This document shows positions 1 through 12,300 of a DNA stretch of 64,000 nt, in pieces (positions within the stretch are counted from its first letter, which is position 1; every line of letters begins with the position of its first letter). The stretch spans positions 1,116,001 through 1,180,000 of the forward strand of contig NC_092674.1 of NCBI RefSeq assembly GCF_964355755.1, in the 5' to 3' direction. Source of the stretch: Antedon mediterranea. Its lineage: Eukaryota > Animalia > Echinodermata. The translations under genes and the position numbers were made by a program. The notes under the pieces were generated by a model. That model saw only the letters and a list, made by a program, of their open reading frames with translations, searched no databases and had not been told where the DNA came from.

Positions 1-3000
1 TAGATCTGGGTGGGAGACTAGCTGATACATCAATCAGAGCAGTCTCACAGACACCAAACTTGACTTTCCTTGCAATGAATGGATGTAGAAGGAAGTATAT
101 TTTCTGGTTAGCTTCTAATTGTTCAGTATTTATTGTTAGAACAAATTCCTCTTGCTCACCTATAAATAAGCAAACATCGTTTAACATTAAATTATTTCCA
201 CAAATTTCTGTATAAAGCAATAGCAACAGCTATGAGCGCTAACTGGCTAAACCCAGCGGTCCCGGAGCTTATGAGAGCCCTGAGCAGTGCCCAGAGGAAA
301 AAAAGGTATTAAAATATGTCGAAAAAGGCTAAACGTTAAAATCTTACCATCAGAACTTATTGGGAACTTGAGTAAGGAACTGCCTCCACATACAGGTATA
401 GGCCATACCATACAACTGACACAGGATAGCCACTGTTGAAATGCACCCTCAATCTCGACTGCTGTCAACTTTCTTTTCTATTTCAAAATACAAGGTCACA
501 GAAAAAAATAATGAAACTTTATTTGGATCTAAATTTAACACAAACAAACACAAAGTCACAGAAAAAAGAACATATATATAATTTTTTTTTTTATGTGGAT
601 AATATTTCCATACTTGGAACTAAATTTAGAAATTTGTGACAATGCATGTCATAAATTTTTGACCAAATAATATCTGAACTGAGCTTTAAAATAAGTTACA
701 ATTACATACCAGATGGTATAACGGACACAAGGTCATTGATTGCATCACGCTTGGTGACTCTGTGATTGGTTGAATGACCACCTTCGCTGTGACCTCAAGC
801 TTTAGCTGTCTTCGTAGCAGGTCAGAGATCTGTAGTGTCCAAGGACTGGTGTCATCAAAGACTATCAAAGACTCACTGTCACGTCTGGTTTGAATGTCTT
901 GGCTATTCAACACTACCCTCACTGCTGCATAATCTGTGTTTATATCAATGTATTGCACCGTGGGTTGTTGTTGACTAACATCCCCACCAGCTGCTGCATC
1001 CTCAACTTTCTCTGTTTTGTTCACTTGCGTCGAATCTTGCCTTTGTCTAGCCTCTTCGTGACGCTCTTTTGGCGACTTTAATTTGGTTATAATTGCGTAA
1101 AAACTGACATATTCTTCTTGCAATGGAAAATTTTGTTTACCAGGATCCATCGGCAGGTCAATAAGTGCGCCCTCAGCAGTTGACGATAAGTAAACTGTTG
1201 TCGGTTGCATTAAATGCGAGTATGAGTTCACTCCTGGGTCAGGGTTCTCTGTTCTTCTACAACTAGCTTCCACTCTTTCATAAGAGTCAATTAAGGTGTG
1301 AACTCTTGCAACAATATTACAGTCTTTTAGTAGCTCTCTTGCTATAGCTTTTTGTCTTTCTTTATCTAATGATAACTTTCCTTGTTCAATGGCGCTCTCT
1401 CCCGACTCTTCAATGCTCATGAAAGACTTAATATAAGACCATAAACGGTACGCCCATGGCAGTGAATCATCAAACTCATAATCAGTCACCTCTTCACTAG
1501 GTAATTCTTCTTCATTACCCAATTGTTCATCAGTCTGGCTTCTGTATAAAGGAATATTCCCAGTGGAACCAAAATCACTAACATATCCCGACGTCATACT
1601 TTCTCCAATTGACGCAAGACTAGAGGGAGTTTCTGCCTTCACAGCTGGTCGCCCTCCTCCTCCTCCTCCGCTACCAACATTCTTTACATTAAAATCAGAA
1701 GGAACGCTTACACTTGCACTGCCCTGTTGTAGACTCTTGACAGTGGTAGAAGGAGAAGGTGTGTTGCCAGCCAGGGTATTTGTCCTATCTTTTGGGATGA
1801 TGGATAACTCACTGTACGGCTCTAGACGTATGCATTTCTCAGCTGGCTCAATTTCACCTGTAAGATAAAATAAATAATTTTGATTTATGACATATAAAAC
1901 TAAAAATGCAATTAATTTAAGCTCTATCTACACTATATGTGAAAAAAAATGTGATGTGCTCATATACTGTACTGTATGGACATGATGTCATATCACTACC
2001 ATATTTGGGCATCACTACCATATTTGGACACTTTGCAAAACTTACTAGTTTTAATAAAAATGCAGATTTTCTTGCCGATCCACACAGGAAGAACTTGATT
2101 TGGCCAGATAACACGAACTTGACTCAGTAAATTCGTTTCTACATAACTTGCATTTAATTCCTTTAATCAAAAAAGAAAAAAAATTAAATTTTAAATGAAG
2201 CAAATTGAATAAAATACCTTTCAGTTCTTAGTTCTCCTTCCTTGAAAAAAAGTATCAGTAATAATGATAAGACAACAGGCTTCTTCCTTTCTTTACCTGG
2301 CATCAACTTGTGTACTAATTATTTAAGTGCATTCTTACCAATATCTCCCAATCATCAAAGGAGGCAGGTTCTATGACAGCATGAGTGCATGGTAAGACAG
2401 GTTGTACACGTTGAACAAGAACCTTAATATGCAGAAAATACAAGTTATCAAAATGCACACTTAAAGTAAATAAGATCCCTAAAGCTTTTAAATACTTAGT
2501 ACTTCCAAGACATTTAGTATATAGTACTTGACTTACTAATGGAGTGGTTAGTTGAGTGGTTAGGACACTTGACTGTCATACAGAGAGAATTGGGTTCAAT
2601 TCCCAACAACTCCCAGTCTACTCAGCTGTAAATGAGTACCTGGTTGAAAGTACTAGGATAAGGCGACGTGGAAAGGAAATGGTCACCCTACCATATAATA
2701 CTGAGGCTAAGTAATGTGAGCTCCCAGCAGCTCATTACCCTATGTTCAGAATTGAATACGGGACCTTTACCTTTACTTTACTTGACTTACTGTATTACCA
2801 ACAAGTTCCAACTAAATTGAAAAAGTTAAGTTTACCTCTTGTCCATGAACAAGACCCAGCTTGTTCCCATACAGTCCATTTATCTGGATAACCTCTGTAT
2901 CCTTATTATCACCATGTCTTGTAATGTCCCCAGCCCAGCTTACAAACGCCTTCAAATTCTCACCCCATTCCAGTTGAAATGTAGGAAACTGCTTGACCAT

Positions 3001-3462
3001 TAAAAAAATGTCAAAGTTGAAAACATGAAAATGAAATTCAAATAGGACCCCTGCAACCAATGATGGCGATAATGACATTAACAATTTAGATGAGACTGAA
3101 GTGTTACGGCAATTAAGACACTACTATCTTATGATGATTATAAACACAACAACAACCGGTCAAAATATAATTTCAATAACATGCGAGCGAGAGACACAAT
3201 CGGCCAAATGTATTAAGCTGTGTCTACACTATCAAACTTTATGTGATGTGCCAATGGACATGATGATGTCATATTACTACCACATTTGGGCACATCACAT
3301 TTTTTTGTCAAAGAAGTTTGATAGTGTAGACAGAGCTTTACAATACATCCTGTTGTTTACTACCTGAACTTGTGATAAGTCTTTAGACCAAGATGCAGGA
3401 AGACTAACAAAGCAATTCTTGACAGGAGAGAACTCCACTACTGCTACCATTGCCCCAGACAT
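1..3462 (-). CDS. PEX1: Peroxisome biogenesis factor 1 (AAA ATPase), 5' part; gene runs off the left edge
   Basis: GT-AG exons with consistent phases: 3364-3462 (ATG, MSGAMVAVVEFSPVKNCFVSLP), 2836-2988, 2339-2422 (VIEPASFDDWEIL), 2046-2160 (ELNASYVETNLLSQVRVIWPNQVLPVW), 710-1857, 348-477, <1-159. These motifs match the PEX1 N-terminal domain as I recall it (human VEPLSADDWEILELHA..LE..LL.QIR.V..FPVW). The ATPase domains are not in the window. Confidence 0.88.
2538..2778 (+). mobile_element. tRNA-derived SINE in PEX1 intron 2
   Basis: A-box-like GGTTAGTTGAGTGG, B-box GGGTTCAATTCCC, central CTCAGCTGTAAATGAGTACC block, (CTTTA)n tail, and a 13-bp TSD TACTTGACTTACT at 2525-2537 and 2779-2791. Confidence 0.8.
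3216..3337. mobile_element. PIF/Harbinger (Tourist-like) MITE, family M1
   Basis: TIR AGCT(C/G)TGTCTACACTATCAAACT with TTA TSD on both sides. Further copies at about 1920-2031 (truncated), 7191-7362, 40643-40775, 43029-43203, 45665-45806, 54798-54946 and about 62678-62757 (partial). Confidence 0.8.
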
Positions 3463-3786
3463 TGTGACTAGTCTTAGCACAGCAGCTAATAATATTATTA
3501 CACAACTTTACTCACTGCTGTATAGGTAGAAAACAAAATTGATAATTAATACATATATTGTATACCTCCATGACATATACAGTATAGGCCTAGGGCCTAG
3601 GCCTAGTAGAAACCTAGCTCTTCTAGTACTAGGCCCCTAACCTAGGCCCTAGCTAGACTTAAACTAAATTAATAATTATAATAAAGTCTAAAAAATAACT
3701 GTGTGTGTTTCATCATTCCATCACAAATTTAAGCATTGAGAGATGCTCACTATTGAATATTATACTCTTCCTTTGATGGAAGGGGT

Positions 3787-5086
3787 CAGGGGCGCAGCCA
3801 GTGGGGGGGTCACAGGGGTCCTGACCCACCCTTTTTTTTAGAAAAAATAAATAAAAACATGAGACAACAATACAGATCAAATCATCCTGGAGATACTGTG
3901 GAAGATTACTACCGAGCAGTATTACCAAATCAACTTCTTGATTACAAACCGAGTTAAAAACCTGTTTTTCTGCCGATAACAGGCCATGCTTTAAAATATT
4001 TGGCGTAGCACCCGAGTCTATCGTGAAGTGTAATGTTGAAGAAGTCTTCAAGGAACTTGAATTTGGTACGATGATCTGCCAAGACACGAACATCTTCATT
4101 CCGAGCTTCAGTGATGGAAGCGACTGTGTAAAATTAGCGGATCCAGATGTGTTCCCGAATCTTCTCTATGCCCGTAACGTCTGCTGAAGCTGAGCGGAGT
4201 TTTTCGACTTTATGGAGAACGAAAACCTGTTTGGGAAATCACATGTCTTATGAGCAGCTTTCGGGATTGTGCCTCATGAACATACACTTTAACATGAACA
4301 TTAATACAGAGAATGTCATTCGCGAATTCTGTCTCCAAGCCAAAAAGAATGTTCCAAACTTATGTTTAAAGATGCATCACGCGATGTCAAGAGCGCCGTT
4401 ATAGTAACTAAAATAAAATGTATGATAATAATTTAGAAGTTAGTTATTACAATTATGTATAAGCTATCACCTATACTATACATTCGAACAAAATAGGTAT
4501 ATTTTTAAACAAAATATTGTATGTACTGGGTATGATAAGCGTCTCACATACACACGGAGCCAAGATAGCTTCTTGGACTTGCACAGTGTATGAACTCTAA
4601 CCTTACGGTTCTCATTTAAAAATATTACTCCCTCCATGCTATCATTCTAATTTCTTTTTTCAAACTTTTGCATCTCTACGTTCATTTCATGCAACTTTTG
4701 TATTGGTGAAAAGGGAGGAATTCAAATAATTCCTCCTCTGAGTTTACAGCCTCTCTACACAAATCAACAAACAAGCAAGAAAAAAAGTGTTTGTCTGTGG
4801 CAGCCTGGAATATAAAAATGTTCTGTAATGAAAATGAGAGTTGTTTTTTGTTTTCTTTGTTTCAGTTTATTAGTGTTAACATTGTCATATTTGTGTGTGC
4901 GTAAACCGATTCAAATGATCTAGATTGCCCTAGACCGCCAAAGCTTCCAGTTCGCCCCCTGGACCCCAACTGGGGGCCCTTTTGGCAGCCCCCTGGCCCC
5001 CAGCAGCCCATGGTTGCTTGCTTCGCTCGCAAAATACTCACATATTGGTTGACCCCCCCTTTAATTCTTTGCTGGCTGCGCCCCTG
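3787..5086 (+). mobile_element. Internally deleted hAT DNA transposon with transposase C-terminal remnant and 5-bp TSD
   Basis: 15-bp TIR CAGGGGCGCAGCCAG (3787-3801) and its inverse (5072-5086), flanked by GGGGT on both sides. ORF 4147-4404 (MPVTSAEAERSFSTLWRTKTCLGNHMSYEQLSGLCLMNIH) resembles the hAT dimerisation domain. Confidence 0.82.
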
Positions 5087-6158
5087 GGGGTAGGTACGAA
5101 ACGACCTGAATCATTAATACGGATCATTCATATAGTACAGCTAGGCCTAGTCCTACCAACATTAGACTCCTTGCACGAAGCAGGTCTCACACACAGACAC
5201 CACATCGGTGGTGAAAACCAACTGTCATATTATGGCATCCTTTAGGCCTAGCTAGGCTAGCCTAGGTATATACAGAGCGGGCCCACAAGTTAGGCTTAGG
5301 CCTGATACTAATACAGTATATACAATACTTTATATGAATGATGAATTTCAATACGGACATTATAAATGCATAATAAACAGATATAAAATACCAAAATATT
5401 ACATGTTACTTTTTTTCGACTGCTCCTCCTCCATCGCTCTTTTTGCGTCCCATATACGGTATAGAACGCCATCTGTGCATTTATAAATATTGGCATAAAT
5501 TTGAATGAGTTTTTAAACAATTTGGCCTGAATAAAAGAAGCAATGACTAAATTTCACATTTCATTGTTTTTATTTATTTGGCAAGAATATGTCATTTTAA
5601 CTAAACAAGCATTTTTAAATATTAATATTGGTGTATGTAACAATAACACTGTGGCTGGAAATATGTCATAATGTAGGCCTATACAATATTTATTAAACCA
5701 ATTTTCACAGTAGATAATAATTTACAACAATGAATTACAGAAGTAAAACAAGAAAACACTGACAATAAAAACAGAAAGAGTAATATAAAGCCCAACAATC
5801 ACATAATGAATGACGGGTCACAGGAATGATTGCGTGTGATTTTGATTACATAAAGTACCTCCACCGTACAATAACTTCCTTTTTTATACATACTTGTAAG
5901 TTAAAAAATTCTATAAAATGCATGATTAAATGCAATATCTATCAGAATAAATTGTGAATAATATATAACTTTAATTATTTATAACAAAGAAACATAATAC
6001 AACAGCAATGTTCATTCAAAACACCAGATAAAACTTCAATTTGGAATAAATAGGATCGGACCGCTATATATAATAATAATATTGCGCGTAGCAGACGGCA
6101 GAACAATGCGACAAATGCACGCGAGTATACTGCGTGTTTTGGACGAAATGATGATAAA

Positions 6159-6323
6159 CTAATAACGAAAATTTGGTCGCAGGTCAAGATAATCTGTGTC
6201 GTAAGGAGTGTAAGATGGCGGTGGAGGGTTATTTTCCCACAGACCTGGGTGCTGGGGGTGCTGCTGCTGTTGCTGTTGTTGTTGTTGTCGTTGGTGTCGT
6301 TTTGGTCGTCGTTTTTGTTTTCT

Positions 6324-6355
<32 letters not shown>

Positions 6356-9300
6356 GCGGTGGTACTTTCGTTACATAGAAAGCGGTATCGTCCTGGAGGT
6401 GAACTTGATGCTGAGGAGGAGGCATCGCTTTCAGATATGGTGACTCTGTTGCAGCTGCGGCTGCGCCGATACTTGATTCGTACGTCGGTGGTGGTTTCAA
6501 CATGTCACCTAATGCTTCGTAGATATGATTGTGATCTCCACCGTTTAATTGTGCAATATCAGTCTCGTATTGATTTGGAGATGAAACGACTGGTTTTGTT
6601 CTGAAAGATCAGAGACAACAAACAAAGAAAATAATTATTATATAAAATAGTGACGATTGTTTTAATAGCGTGTGCGACGTATGGTAGGAAGGATTTGGGA
6701 GCAAACGTCACAACGCGTACGTACGTACGTGGTTTGTTGTTTGTACGTAAAGCTTGGTTCCCACTAGAACGTAACGCAAGGACGTAAACGCAACGCAATC
6801 ATTTTAACCAATGACAAGCGAAGTTATAGACAGTTAGCAATCACAAGCGAATAAGCCATCGCTTGTGATTGGTCAATTCACTTGCGTTGCGTTACGTCCT
6901 TGCGTTGCGTCGCTAGTGGGAACCACGCTTGCGCGTCGTGACGTTTGCTCCCAAACCCTTCCCATCATGCATTGTGTAAGCTATTTGCGATAAACCTTAT
7001 GGGAAAACGTATTTAATGGTGAATGATCATAATTTGAAAAGTAATATTTAAATACATGGACATGAAAGCTAGGTTCCCACTCCAGGAGGCAACGTAAGAA
7101 CGACGCCCCAACGCAAGAGAATTGACCAATCTCAAGTGACAGTACGAATAATTCATCGCTTGATTGGTCTAAGCTAAGCGTTGCGACTTAAGCTCTGTCT
7201 ACACTATCACATAGCATGTGACAAAAAATGTGATGTGCCCATAATTTTATATGGACGTGATGATGTCATATCACTACCATATTTAAGCATATCACCATAT
7301 TATTTGGGTAGGCCTACATCACATTTTTTTGTCACATAAAGTTTGATAGTGTAGACAGAGCTTTACGTCCTTCCGTCGCGTTGTAGTGGGAACCAAGGTT
7401 TTGTCTACCCAATGGAATTTCATTCTTCCCTGGTCTACTACGTAAATGGCGACGGTGATACAAAGTGACGTCACATCTTACCTTTTCTTTCCACAACAAC
7501 AGATAAGGACAACAATAAACACCATTAATAAAACTAATACAACAGATCCACCAGCGGCAATTGCGATGATAAGATAACTAATTCCTAAACAGAAGAAAAA
7601 AATCTTAAGTTAGGCCTATATACCACATCCGCTAAAGATATTGACAACCAGTTTTGTATGTTCTTATTTCATTTTTGTTACTACAGTAGTAGGTCTCGTC
7701 CGAAACTATTGTGTAATTAACCAATAGGCTCAGGTTTATTTAAAAAGTAAACTTTTCTATCGTCATGATTTTACAAATACGGCCTCCGATTATTCTTCGT
7801 TGATTGGTCAGTTATAGTATGAAATAGGATGTGTTTTCGTTTATGTGATTCACATTGTATGTTTTGTCATGGTTTTATTTACTTACCGCCAGGTTCCTTA
7901 GTTGGTTCCAATTCTGTTAATAAAATAATATTCTATTATCATTATATCACGTTTTTATTTGGTTAAATTTGCTAAAATAATGTTTTAATTCGATCTATGT
8001 TGTTTCATATTTAAGGATTTAAATGTAAAAAAAATGTCATTAAATGCGTGAGACAGAGACATGGATTAAGAAAAACAGGATTCTTTTTATATCCGATATT
8101 CATTTCCTCCATGAAGAAAACTTACCTTTTTGGCGGTTGGTCGATGCAGAATATAACGTAGTCGTTGGATCGATCGTAGTAGGAACTATAGAACAGATTG
8201 TGAGAGTGTAATTATTTATTAAATAAATAGTTGATAAATAATAATGTACGTCAGATTATCTTCATATATCGGAATTAAGGCATATTCTCACTTGACGGAA
8301 CAGTAACAGTAATCAATCCGGTTAAATATTAATTAATAAAAGTATATAACCAAACAAATAGAAAATACATTTAATAATTAATTACCAATAATCGGTTGAG
8401 AAGATTCATCAAATATGTCGATAGCAGAAACAGAGTAGTTGAGCTTAATATAGCCTTCGTGATCGCCAGTCTCCTTGTAAAGCGCTTCGACAATCCCCTT
8501 TTCCTTTCCTTCGACCAAGCGTGACCCGGCTAACACTATAAAATCCTAAAATGCAAGCAATCTTAATAAAATCAAACGGATATAATAAACATAAAAAATA
8601 TAACTAGCACTACATATACTGAACAGTTTATTATAAAAAAATCATAATTATGATTATAATGATTAAGATAAAGATTGTGATAATATACATTGTAACATAA
8701 GCGTTGATAATAATAATTATCAAACATTTGTATTGCGCCAATTAAAAAAAAGAATAACACATTATACTGAATTTTGCTGTATTAAAAAAGAAGATGCATC
8801 GAAAGACTTAGATACCACCAACAGGAACAGATAGCAATTTTTTTTTTTAATTGGACAATAAAGTATATATGACTATGACTATGACTATGACTATGACTTG
8901 CAAGAGGAGGAACGAGTAGTAGTATACGGAATGTTGACTTGATTTTACCTGGTAAATGGTGATGTCTGATGCCGGATTCATACTTCTACCAACGGCTGTA
9001 TGTCCAGTACCGTCATAATTAACAGAATAAACAAGAGTATCATCTTTGCCCGCAATGTAAATTCTATAAAACAATATGAAACTTAAAACAATCACACTTG
9101 TTTTTAAAAAGATCAATCAACATTTTGACACGGTAACTAATAATGTTTTTTTTTTTACATATTACGATACATTTTAAATAATGCGATTAAATCAATACAA
9201 GCAGTACAGTCTAAACTACTTAAATAAATATAAACATAAACTTATATCCTAATAATTCGTCAGATTTAAATTCAATTATAAGCCAATGTGACGAAAAAAC

Positions 9301-12300
9301 CGATATTAAACACAAAAAGTATATTGCACAACTTAACTTCAATAACGTACCAATTATATATTTCTAAGCATTGTAAGCTTGAACGCAAAACGCATGTATT
9401 TGATAAATCACGACGCAGAGTGGATCATCCAATAGCCTGATTGGTCCCTGCGCTGGTTGCGTCATAGTGGGAACCACTAGGACGCATGGCAACGCACAGT
9501 GAAGTTGACCAATCACAGGCGATTGATTAATCAGTCGCATGTGATTGGTCAACTCGCTTGAGTTGCGTCTACACATCCTTGCGTTGCGTCTCTGTGGGAA
9601 CCGAGCTTAGAGTGTTACCTTTCGTGATCGTGATCTAAAGCTATTCCAGAAGGTTGTTGTAGAGTGGTCAGCACAAGGATTTGTCGATTTGTACCATCTA
9701 AATCACACCTTGAGAGTTTGGCAGGGGATGTCTCTTCTGTCCAAAATATAAACCTAACAAAAAACAAACAAAATGGTGTAGAAATAAACAACACTTTATG
9801 CCCCTCCTTCTCTCATATTGTATAAAAAATGAAATTACTATCTGTTACCCTGCGTTTGGATCCACTGCTATAGCCGTTGGTTTATTGACGTCATAAAAGA
9901 GCACACTATATTTTTCGGAAAGATATGAATGCTTCGCCAAAATATTTTGTTGATAATCAACCCAGTATACTTCATCGGATACCCAATCAACCGCCATACC
10001 TGTAAAATAAAAATTATTAAGATGTTTAGGCGCTCTGTTCTTTGTAGGGCGCCATATAAAACCTTACATAGGTGGATAGATAGAAGAAATAAATAAAATA
10101 CCGTAAACTTGACCGATTCCTGAACGAATCGAAACAATATAGTTCCCATCTCGCAATTTTCCAACATAGATAGACTCCTCATCAGCGAAAAATAAGAGAT
10201 CACCACGTATATCAACAGTTAATGCCGTGACTGTTGCAAATATAAAATCACTTATGTATTGTTGTTTATCCTCGGAGTCAAAATGTAGAACAGAAGGTAC
10301 GAATCGGGACAAAACGTTTGTACCTATTACATAGAATGGAGGTTGAGGAAAGGTATCGTCTGAAAAGAGAAGTTATTTAGAATTACTTTAAGATGACAGT
10401 ACCCAACCGAACTTTTCCTATTCTCATTTGAATATCTGCTCTAAAAGGATGTTGCACGCAATGTAATACAAAGAGGAGGTGCTCCCTCCGAAAGAGTGTC
10501 TGACCAATCACAAGCGACAGTTCGAATGATCCATCGCGTTGGGCCTCACCTAGTCTGGGTTTCAGATGGAGTTTTGTTTTAATATTAGTAAAAAGATAAA
10601 TATTTTGGCACATATGGCGTTTTATACGTATCGAAATAAAAACAAATAAATATAAAAAAAGACAATGAATACAGACTTGGGGCAAGTTTACGCCTTACCC
10701 TGTTGCAGTGATTCCAAGTAGCAACGAATCTGTTGGTGATGTACATCGTATAACGCCTCCCCCTGTTTGTATACTATACTGTACATTTATTAAGCTTCAA
10801 CTTCCTCTACGCGCGCGTATAAATGTCGCGTTTTTCGATTAATTTTCTTTACACTAACATTAATCGTGAAATAATTTAGATTGTCTTAAACTATAACCTA
10901 CCTATTAAACACGTTCCGTCTGCAAGCAACTCGTAGTTGATTTTACAGACACACTCGTGGTTGCCATCTGGTGCCGATACGCAAGCATGACTACAAGTGT
11001 GGGTAACACAAGGTACTGAAATGAATTGACACCAATTATAAAGATATTAGACTCTCTGCGGACAATTTGAAATACTATAAAAATATGATAATGAATAATT
11101 TGAGGTGGCACAAAATTAACTACATAAAAATAATTTTTAACGAAAAATGCTTACATTTTTCAGGTATAGGTTGAACACTAGTACCTGCTACAGAAATATC
11201 GAATACTTTAACTTCGTTCGGAAATTGCTGTTGAAATACCTGATTATTCGACGCAGTTTTGTCATAGCAGCGGATATAGGTTTCTAAAGATTCTACTAAA
11301 ATCACATATATGTAGTTCTTAAAGGAAGAGAAGAAGAGAAGAAAAAAAGAAAAAGTAAACTATAATGAATATTGGAGACAATGACAATAAAGAAGACAAA
11401 CGAGTGATGAAGATTTGAAAAATAATTTAGGATAAGAAATGAAGAGAATAGTAAATATTAACAGTGGGCCTAATACTCTCAAATTTACAAAGTGAAAATA
11501 AAAGGAATTTAATTTTAAATGTAACGCGTGAAAAATTTTACACAGAAAGATCGAAGGGTAAAGGGTAGAAGATCCACTTACTTCGTTAACTTTAATACTC
11601 TAAAGTATGTGATATTACGTGATAAATACAAAGAAAATATCAGGAGTGTAAGAGAGAAAATTCACTTACTTCGTCAACTGTGATACTCTTAAATTCACCA
11701 TGTGGTAAAGACACAGACACATCTACTCGCCTTTCACTTCCATCAAGATCAGCGGATTCTATTTTATTTTCAACGTTGCTGATATCAATCCAATAAATTC
11801 TATAACCAAATTGGAAAATGTAAATCAAATAGCGAAAAAAAAAAAGAATCTTAACAGTTTCCAATAATCCATCAAGATTCAAGACATTTTACTGGTCTCC
11901 TTTAAAATGGAAATTCGTTTTTCTTGGCATAATTAGGCCTAAGACAATTAAAAAAAATACATCAAATTGCAAAAGGTAATGTTAAAATATTATTTATAGG
12001 AATATCGAGTCGGAAATAATAATTTAGTTAAAATCTGGTATCGACCTAACTTCATAAACTTTGTGTTTTTCGCTGTTTTTCTGCAGTTTCGGTTAGAAAC
12101 TGGATGCTGTCATTTTGTCATCACATGACTGAAGAGACTGTTATGTGAATTCCTCTTCAAACACAAACTTGAATAGTTTTCTGCAGTTTGCCGACGTTTG
12201 TTAACTGGTATACTGTACAACCAAACTGTTCTTTCCAAAATCAAGTTTAAGTTAGACTAGGCTTCAGGCTAGTGATAAAAATCCAATTTCAAAAGAGTTC

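Noticed and set aside
686-1642. Independent 318-aa gene
   Set aside because: It is part of the 1148-bp PEX1 exon 710-1857, bounded by in-phase splice sites.
2541-2605. tRNA gene
   Set aside because: It has A/B boxes but no complete cloverleaf, and continues into a SINE body with tail and TSD. The same applies to the decayed B-box segments at about 12675 and 50623.
6173-6604. Plus-strand poly-Val and poly-Leu ORFs (also 42202-42633)
   Set aside because: These are antisense readings of the polyQ-coding last exon of the receptor.
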